A DNA stretch of 64,000 nt from Auanema rhodensis. Taxonomy: Eukaryota > Animalia > Nematoda. The notes under the pieces are model-generated. The model was given only the letters and a program-made list of their open reading frames with translations. It searched no databases and was not told the origin of the DNA. Positions within the stretch are counted from its first letter, which is position 1; each line of letters begins with the position of its first letter. Shown here in pieces: positions 55,701 through 64,000 of the stretch. The stretch is from the NCBI GenBank assembly GCA_964057225.1, contig OZ059900.1:17670001-17734000 (forward strand), read 5' to 3'. The position numbers were made by a program, and so were the translations under genes.

Positions 55701-56050
55701 ATTTCCAAAAACTGGTTTTCCAGCATAATAAAATATTTCTCATGGGAAATACTGTGTTTTTGTATTTTTTTAGTGTTCAGCATGTAAAATGCTTCATTTT
55801 AGTATGTAACACGCTGAAATTAATTGCATTTGACGACTCATATGAACAAAAATCGATTTAATCAATATTAGCCATAAGGGGCGTGCCCTCAGAATATGCT
55901 AATTTCCTTAATTTTCTAACCCCTGTTTTTTTGTCGTGAAAGTGGAACTAGACGTTGTACGAACAATTTTGAGCTAGGTTTCATTGACATTGCATGAGTT
56001 TGAACACATGAAATCGTAAGTCAAAACCTTGTTTACAGCGAACTTTCCAA
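52800..56050 (-). repeat. Nested 5-monomer (1710-bp) duplication inside the 5808-bp unit
   Basis: agaggcg 53143/54853, ttttcag 53377/55087 and aactttcc 54333/56043 all pair at +1710. The copies differ at 53774 vs 55484. Confidence 0.85.
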
Positions 56051-56319
56051 AAACTGGTTTTCCAGCATAATAAAATATTTCTCATGGGAAATACTGTGTT
56101 TTTGTATTTTTCTAGTGTTCAGCATGTGAAATGCTTCATTTTAGTATGTAACACGCTGAAATTCGTTGCATTTGACGACTCATATGAACAAAAATCGATT
56201 TAATCAATATTAGCCATAAGGGGCGTGCCCTCAGAATATGCTAATTTCCTTAATTTTCTAACCCCTGTATTGTTGTCGTTAAAGTGGAACTAGACGTTGT
56301 AGGAACAATTTTGAGCTAG

Positions 56320-56335
56320 GTTTCAAATTTCCAAA
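56320..56335 (-). other. 58-bp deletion junction (monomer pos 72-129 lost; 284-bp monomer)
   Basis: ctaggtttca|aatttccaaaaactgg. The spacing of ttccaaaaac from 56047 to 56331 is 284 = 342 - 58, with 1-bp microhomology. Confidence 0.95.
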
Positions 56336-56442
56336 AACTGGTTTTCCAGCATAATAAAATATTTCTCATGGGAAATACTGTGTTTTTGTATTTTTCTAGT
56401 GTTCAGCATGTAAAATGCTTCATTTTAGTATGTAACACGCTG

Positions 56443-57605
56443 AAATACAAAAACACAGTATTTCCCATGAGAAATATTTTATTATGCTGGAAAACCAGTT
56501 TTTGGAAATTTCGCTGTAAACAAGGTTTTGACTTACGATTTCATGTGTTCAAACTCATGCAATGTCAATGAAACCTAGCTCAAAATTGTTCGTACAACGT
56601 CTAGTTCCACTTTCACGACAAAAAAACAGGGGTTAGAAAATTAAGGAAATTAGCATATTCTGAGGGCACGCCCCTTATGGCTAATATTGATTAAATCGAT
56701 TTTTGTTCATATGAGTCGTCAAATGCAACTAATTTCAGCGTGTTACATACTAAAATGAAGCATTTTACATGCTGAACACTAGAAAAATACAAAAACACAG
56801 TATTTCCCATGAGAAATATTTTATTATGCTGGAAAACCAGTTTTTGGAAATTTCGCTGTAAACAAGGTTTTGACTTACGATTTCATGTGTTCAAACTCAT
56901 GCAATGTCAATGAAACCTAGCTCAAAATTGTTCCTACAACGTCTAGTTCCACTTTCACGACAAAAAACAGGGGTTAGAAAATTAAGGAAATTAGCATATT
57001 CTGAGGGCACGCCCCTTATGGCTAATATTGATTAAATCGATTTTTGTTCATATGAGTCGTCAAATGCAACGAATTTCAGCGTGTTACATACTAAAATGAA
57101 GCATTTTACATGCTGAACACTAGAAAATTACAAAAACACAGTATTTCCCATGAGAAATATTTTATTATGCTGGAAAACCAGTTTTTGGAAATTTCGCTGT
57201 AAACAAGGTTTTGACTTACGATTTCATGTGTTCAAACTCATGCAATGTCAATGAAACCTAGCTCAAAATTGTTCCTACAACGTCTAGTTCCACTTTCACG
57301 ACAACAAAACAGGGGTTAGAAAATTAAGGAAATTAGCATATTCTGAGGGCACGCCCCTTATGGCTAATATTGATTAAATCGATTTTTGTTCATATGAGTC
57401 GTCAAATGCAACGAATTTCAGCGTGTTACATACTAAAATGAAGCATTTCACATGCTGAACACTAGAAAAATACAAAAACACAGTATTTCCTATGAGAAAT
57501 ATTTTATTATGCTGGAAAACCAGTTTTTTGAAATTTCGCTGTAAACAAGGTTTTGACTTACGATTTCATGTGTTCAAACTCATGCAATGTCAATGAAACC
57601 TAGCT
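56443..57605 (+). repeat. Inverted insert, 1163 bp (3.4 monomers) in forward orientation within the reverse arm
   Basis: Left junction acacgctg[aaat]acaaaaacacag (4-bp microhomology). Right junction aaacctagct|ttttttcttt|ttttctaacccc (10-nt filler, 57606-57615). Confidence 0.97.
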
Positions 57606-57615
57606 TTTTTTCTTT

Positions 57616-60600
57616 TTTTCTAACCCCTGTTTTTTTGTCGTGAAAGTGGAACTAGACGTTGTGCGAACAATTTTGAGCTAGGTTTCATTGACATTGCATG
57701 AGTTTGAACACATGAAATCGTAAGTCAAAACCTTGTTTACAGCGAAATTTCCAAAAACTCGTTTTCCAGCATAATAAAATATTTCTCATGGGAAATACTG
57801 TGTTTTTGTATTTTTTTAGTGTTCAGCATGTAAAATGCTTCATTTTAGTATGTAACACGCTGAAATTAATTGCATTTGACGACTCATATGAACAAAAATC
57901 GATTTAATCAATATTAGCCATAAGGGGCGTGCCCTCAGAATATGCTAATTTCCTTAATTTTCTAACCCCTGTTTTTTTGTCGTGAAAGTGGAACTAGACG
58001 TTGTACGAACAATTGTGAGCTAGGTTTCATTGACATTGCATGAGTTTGAACACATGAAATCGTAAGTCAAAACCTTGTTTACAGCGAAATTTCCAAAAAC
58101 TGGTTTTCCAGCATAATAAAATATTTCTCATGGGAAATACTGTGTTTTTGTATTTTTCTAGTGTTCAGCATGTGAAATGCTTCATTTTAGTATGTAACAC
58201 GCTGATATTCGTTGCATTTGACGACTCATATGAACAAAAATCGATTTAATCAATATTAGCCATAAGGGGCGTGCCCTCAGAATATGCTAATTTCCTTAAT
58301 TTTCTAACCCCTGTTTTTTTGTCGTGAAAGTGGAACTAGACGTTGTACGAACAATTTTGAGCTAGGTTTTATTGACATTGCATGAGTTTGAACACATGAA
58401 ATCGTAAGTCAAAACCTTGTTTACAGCGAAATTTCCAAAAACTGGTTTTCCAGCATAATAAAATATTTCTCATGGGAAATACTGTGTTTTTGTATTTTTC
58501 TAGTGTTCAGCATGTGAAATGCTTCATTTTAGTATGTAACACGCTGAAATTCGTTGCATTTGACGACTCATATGAACAAAAATCGATTTAATCAATATTA
58601 GCCATAAGGGGCGTGCCCTCAGAATATGCTAATTTCCTTAATTTTCTAACCCCTGTTTTGTTGTCGTGAAAGTGGAACTAGACGTTGTAGGAACAATTTT
58701 GAGCTAGGTTTCATTGACATTGCATGAGTTTGAACACATGAAATCGTAAGTCAAAACCTTGTTTACAGCGAAATTTCCAAAAACTGGTTTTCCAGCATAA
58801 TAAAATATTTCTCATGGGAAATACTGTGTTTTTGTATTTTTATAGTGTTCAGCATGTAAAATGCTTCATTTTAGTATGTAACACGCTGAAATTCGTTGCA
58901 TTTGACGACTCATATGAACAAAAATCGATTTAATCAATATTAGCCATAAGAGGCGTGCCCTCAGAATATGCTAATTTCCTTAATTTTCTAACCCCTGTTT
59001 TTTTGTCGTGAAAGTGGAACTAGACGTTGTAGGAACAATTTTGAGCTAGGTTTCATTGACATTGCATGAGTTTGAACACATGAAATCGTAAGTCAAAACC
59101 TTGTTTACAGCGAAATTTCCAAAAACTGGTTTTCCAGCATAATAAAATATTTCTCATGGGAAATACTGTGTTTTTGTATTTTTTCAGTGTTCAGCATGTG
59201 AAATGCTTCATTTTAGTATGTAACACGCTGAAATTCGTTGCATTTGACGACTCATATGAACAAAAATCGATTTAATCAATATTAGCCATAAGGGGCGTGC
59301 CCTCAGAATATGCTAATTTCCTTAATTTTCTAACCCCTGTTTTGTTGTCGTGAAAGTGGAACTAGACGTTGTAGGAACAATTTTGAGCTAGGTTTCATTG
59401 ACATTGCATGAGTTTGAACACATGAAATCGTAAGTCAAAACCTTGTTTACAGCGAAATTTCCAAAAACTGGTTTTCCAGCATAATAAAATATTTCTCATG
59501 GGAAATACTGTGTTTTTGTATTTTTCTAGTGTTCAGCATGTAAAATGCTTCATTTTAGTATGTAACACGCTGAAATTCGTTTCATTTGACGACTCATATG
59601 AACAAAAATCGATTTAATCAATATTAGCCATAAGGGGCGTGCCCTCAGAATATGCTAATTTCCTTAATTTTCTAACCCCTGTTTTTTTGTCGTGAAAGTG
59701 GAACTAGACGTTGTAGGAACAATTTTGAGCTAGGTTTCATTGACATTGCATGAGTTTGAACACATGAAATCGTAAGTCAAAACCTTGTTTACAGCGAAAT
59801 TTCCAAAAACTGGTTTTCCAGCATAATAAAATATTTCTCATGGGAAATACTGTGTTTTTGTATTTTTTTAGTGTTCAGCATGTAAAATGCTTCATTTTAG
59901 TATGTAACACGCTGAAATTAATTGCATTTGACGACTCATATGAACAAAAATCGATTTAATCAATATTAGCCATAAGGGGCGTGCCCTCAGAATATGCTAA
60001 TTTCCTTAATTTTCTAACCCCTGTTTTTTTGTCGTGAAAGTGGAACTAGACGTTGTACGAACAATTTTGAGCTAGGTTTCATTGACATTGCATGAGTTTG
60101 AACACATGAAATCGTAAGTCAAAACCTTGTTTACAGCGAACTTTCCAAAAACTGGTTTTCCAGCATAATAAAATATTTCTTATGGGAAATACTGTGTTTT
60201 TGTATTTTTCTAGTGTTCAGCATGTAAAATACTTCATTTTAGTATAAAACACGCTGAAATTCGTTGCATTTGACGACTCATATGAACAAAAATCGATTTA
60301 ATCAATATTAGCCATAAGGGGCGTGCCCTCAGAATATGCTAATTTCCTTAATTTTCTAACCCCTGTTTTGTTGTCGTGAAAGTGGAACTAGACGTTGTAG
60401 GAACAATTTTGAGCTAGGTTTCATTGACATTGCATGAGTTTGAACACATGAAATCGTAAGTCAAAACCTTGTTTACAGCGAAATTTCCAAAAACTGGTTT
60501 TCCAGCATAATAAAATATTTCTCATGGGAAATACTGTGTTTTTGTATTTTTATAGTGTTCAGCATGTAAAATGCTTCATTTTAGTATGTAACACGCTGAA

Positions 60601-62254
60601 ATTCGTTGCATTTGACGACTCATATGAACAAAAATCGATTTAATCAATATTAGCCATAAGAGGCGTGCCCTCAGAATATGCTAATTTCCTTAATTTTCTA
60701 ACCCCTGTTTTTTTGTCGTGAAAGTGGAACTAGACGTTGTAGGAACAATTTTGAGCTAGGTTTCATTGACATTGCATGAGTTTGAACACATGAAATCGTA
60801 AGTCAAAACCTTGTTTACAGCGAAATTTCCAAAAACTGGTTTTCCAGCATAATAAAATATTTCTCATGGGAAATACTGTGTTTTTGTATTTTTTCAGTGT
60901 TCAGCATGTGAAATGCTTCATTTTAGTATGTAACACGCTGAAATTCGTTGCATTTGACGACTCATATGAACAAAAATCGATTTAATCAATATTAGCCATA
61001 AGGGGCGTGCCCTCAGAATATGCTAATTTCCTTAATTTTCTAACCCCTGTTTTGTTGTCGTGAAAGTGGAACTAGACGTTGTAGGAACAATTTTGAGCTA
61101 GGTTTCATTGACATTGCATGAGTTTGAACACATGAAATCGTAAGTCAAAACCTTGTTTACAGCGAAATTTCCAAAAACTGGTTTTCCAGCATAATAAAAT
61201 ATTTCTCATGGGAAATACTGTGTTTTTGTATTTTTCTAGTGTTCAGCATGTAAAATGCTTCATTTTAGTATGTAACACGCTGAAATTCGTTGCATTTGAC
61301 GACTCATATGAACAAAAATCGATTTAATCAATATTAGCCATAAGGGGCGTGCCCTCAGAATATGCTAATTTCCTTAATTTTCTAACCCCTGTTTTTTTGT
61401 CGTGAAAGTGGAACTAGACGTTGTAGGAACAATTTTGAGCTAGGTTTCATTGACATTGCATGAGTTTGAACACATGAAATCGTAAGTCAAAACCTTGTTT
61501 ACAGCGAAATTTCCAAAAACTGGTTTTCCAGCATAATAAAATATTTCTCATGGGAAATACTGTGTTTTTGTATTTTTTTAGTGTTCAGCATGTAAAATGC
61601 TTCATTTTAGTATGTAACACGCTGAAATTAATTGCATTTGACGACTCATATGAACAAAAATCGATTTAATCAATATTAGCCATAAGGGGCGTGCCCTCAG
61701 AATATGCTAATTTCCTTAATTTTCTAACCCCTGTTTTTTTGTCGTGAAAGTGGAACTAGACGTTGTACGAACAATTTTGAGCTAGGTTTCATTGACATTG
61801 CATGAGTTTGAACACATGAAATCGTAAGTCAAAACCTTGTTTACAGCGAACTTTCCAAAAACTGGTTTTCCAGCATAATAAAATATTTCTCATGGGAAAT
61901 ACTGTGTTTTTGTATTTTTCTAGTGTTCAGCATGTGAAATGCTTCATTTTAGTATGTAACACGCTGAAATTCGTTGCATTTGACGACTCATATGAACAAA
62001 AATCGATTTAATCAATATTAGCCATAAGGGGCGTGCCCTCAGAATATGCTAATTTCCTTAATTTTCTAACCCCTGTATTGTTGTCGTTAAAGTGGAACTA
62101 GACGTTGTAGGAACAATTTTGAGCTAGGTTTCAAATTTCCAAAAACTGGTTTTCCAGCATAATAAAATATTTCTCATGGGAAATACTGTGTTTTTGTATT
62201 TTTCTAGTGTTCAGCATGTAAAATGCTTCATTTTAGTATGTAACACGCTGAAAT
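57616..62254 (-). repeat. 342-bp satellite, reverse orientation (about 13.7 monomers, includes the second 58-bp deletion at about 62133)
   Basis: Reverse-complement monomers, with the same SNP order as about 51900-56446. Confidence 0.98.
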
Positions 62255-63413
62255 ACAAAAACACAGTATTTCCCATGAGAAATATTTTATTATGCTGGAA
62301 AACCAGTTTTTGGAAATTTCGCTGTAAACAAGGTTTTGACTTACGATTTCATGTGTTCAAACTCATGCAATGTCAATGAAACCTAGCTCAAAATTGTTCG
62401 TACAACGTCTAGTTCCACTTTCACGACAAAAAAACAGGGGTTAGAAAATTAAGGAAATTAGCATATTCTGAGGGCACGCCCCTTATGGCTAATATTGATT
62501 AAATCGATTTTTGTTCATATGAGTCGTCAAATGCAACTAATTTCAGCGTGTTACATACTAAAATGAAGCATTTTACATGCTGAACACTAGAAAAATACAA
62601 AAACACAGTATTTCCCATGAGAAATATTTTATTATGCTGGAAAACCAGTTTTTGGAAATTTCGCTGTAAACAAGGTTTTGACTTACGATTTCATGTGTTC
62701 AAACTCATGCAATGTCAATGAAACCTAGCTCAAAATTGTTCCTACAACGTCTAGTTCCACTTTCACGACAAAAAACAGGGGTTAGAAAATTAAGGAAATT
62801 AGCATATTCTGAGGGCACGCCCCTTATGGCTAATATTGATTAAATCGATTTTTGTTCATATGAGTCGTCAAATGCAACGAATTTCAGCGTGTTACATACT
62901 AAAATGAAGCATTTTACATGCTGAACACTAGAAAAATACAAAAACACAGTATTTCCCATGAGAAATATTTTATTATGCTGGAAAACCAGTTTTTGGAAAT
63001 TTCGCTGTAAACAAGGTTTTGACTTACGATTTCATGTGTTCAAACTCATGCAATGTCAATGAAACCTAGCTCAAAATTGTTCCTACAACGTCTAGTTCCA
63101 CTTTCACGACAACAAAACAGGGGTTAGAAAATTAAGGAAATTAGCATATTCTGAGGGCACGCCCCTTATGGCTAATATTGATTAAATCGATTTTTGTTCA
63201 TATGAGTCGTCAAATGCAACGAATTTCAGCGTGTTACATACTAAAATGAAGCATTTCACATGCTGAACACTAGAAAAATACAAAAACACAGTATTTCCTA
63301 TGAGAAATATTTTATTATGCTGGAAAACCAGTTTTTTGAAATTTCGCTGTAAACAAGGTTTTGACTTACGATTTCATGTGTTCAAACTCATGCAATGTCA
63401 ATGAAACCTAGCT
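62251..63413 (+). repeat. Second copy of the 1163-bp inverted insert
   Basis: Same junction sequences as 56443-57605, with the filler at 63414-63423. Confidence 0.97.
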
Positions 63414-63423
63414 TTTTTTCTTT

Positions 63424-64000
63424 TTTTCTAACCCCTGTTTTTTTGTCGTGAAAGTGGAACTAGACGTTGTGCGAACAATTTTGAGCTAGGTTTCATTGAC
63501 ATTGCATGAGTTTGAACACATGAAATCGTAAGTCAAAACCTTGTTTACAGCGAAATTTCCAAAAACTGGTTTTCCAGCATGATAAAATATTTCTCATGGG
63601 AAATACTGTGTTTTTGTATTTTTCTAGTGTTCAGCATGTAAAATGCTTCATTTTAGTATGTAACACGCTGAAATTCGTTGCATTTGACGACTCATATGAA
63701 CAAAAATCGATTTAATCAATATTAGCCATAAGGGGCGTGCCCTCAGAATATGCTAATTTCCTTAATTTTCTAACCCCTGTTTTTTTGTCGTGAAAGTGGA
63801 ACTAGACGTTGTACAAACAATTTTGAGCTAGGTTTCATTGACATTGCATGAGTTTGAACACATGAAATCGTAAGTCAAAACCTTGTTTACAGCGAAATTT
63901 CCAAAAACTGGTTTTCCAGCATGATAAAATATTTCTCATGGGAAATACTGTGTTTTTGTATTTTTCTAGTGTTCAGCATGTAAAATGCTTCATTTTAGTA
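63424..64000 (-). repeat. 342-bp satellite, reverse orientation, running off the window end
   Basis: Reverse-complement monomers carrying a variant (catgataaaa at 63581 and 63923) that I did not see elsewhere in the window. Confidence 0.98.

Larger units (their letters stand above)
31103..56446 (-). repeat. 342-bp satellite array, reverse arm (about 74 monomers)
   Basis: Reverse complement of the monomer (e.g. aatttccttaattttctaacccctgtttttttgtcgtg) at 341-342 bp spacing. 341-bp units arise from a 6-T instead of 7-T tract. Confidence 0.99.
51900..63520 (-). repeat. 5808-bp tandem duplication (about 17 monomers, including the inversion cassette); copy boundary between 57665 and 57759
   Basis: Private variants and junctions recur at +5808: 52207/58015, 52398/58206, 53143/58951, 53774/59582, 54333/60141, deletion 56325/62133, junctions 56443/62251 and 57605/63413. 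The one difference I saw is 57128 (t) vs 62936 (a). Confidence 0.96.

Noticed and set aside
56368-56571. 67-aa ORF (identical copy at 62176-62379)
   Set aside because: It is a chimeric frame across the inversion junction, made wholly of satellite sequence. The two identical copies reflect the 5808-bp duplication, not coding conservation.
56443-57605. Inverted insert as a transposon/MITE or recombinase-invertible switch
   Set aside because: It has no terminal inverted repeats of its own, no target-site duplication and no recombinase. The junctions are non-reciprocal with microhomology and filler.
57605-57620. T7-C-T7 run as a retro-insertion poly(A) tail or terminator
   Set aside because: It is only about 10 extra nt at a breakpoint, with no inserted element or target-site duplication. 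It is better explained as repair filler or slippage on ttttc.
1-64000. CRISPR array or variable-cassette system
   Set aside because: There are no unique spacers and no associated genes. The full 342-bp unit is repeated with only SNPs.

Overview
The whole 64 kb is one AT-rich (about 34% GC, hand count of monomer 1) tandem satellite array with a 342-bp monomer, roughly 187 near-identical copies. It contains no genes, RNA genes, transposons or CRISPR. The architecture is that of a eukaryotic (peri)centromeric/heterochromatic satellite, but I cannot assign the species from sequence alone. The information lies in higher-order structure. The array switches orientation five times: + 1-31102, - 31103-56446, + 56443-57605, - 57616-62254, + 62251-63413, - 63424-64000. 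The first switch makes a giant inverted repeat (at least 31 kb versus about 25 kb arms, 75-bp spacer), and both of its breakpoints fall in loops of short hairpins encoded by the monomer. The other four switches belong to a complex rearrangement cassette (58-bp deletion, 1163-bp inverted insert, 4-bp microhomology, 10-nt T-rich filler, clustered private SNVs). That cassette was then copied as part of a 5808-bp tandem duplication. SNP haplotypes show nested higher-order duplications (32-mer of 10945 bp, 17-mer, 18-mer, 5-mer), arm-specific variant sets, and mirror-image haplotype blocks on the two arms. The three ORFs supplied are by-products of the repeat. Monomer positions below are numbered from window base 1, and '+' means the orientation of the first monomer.
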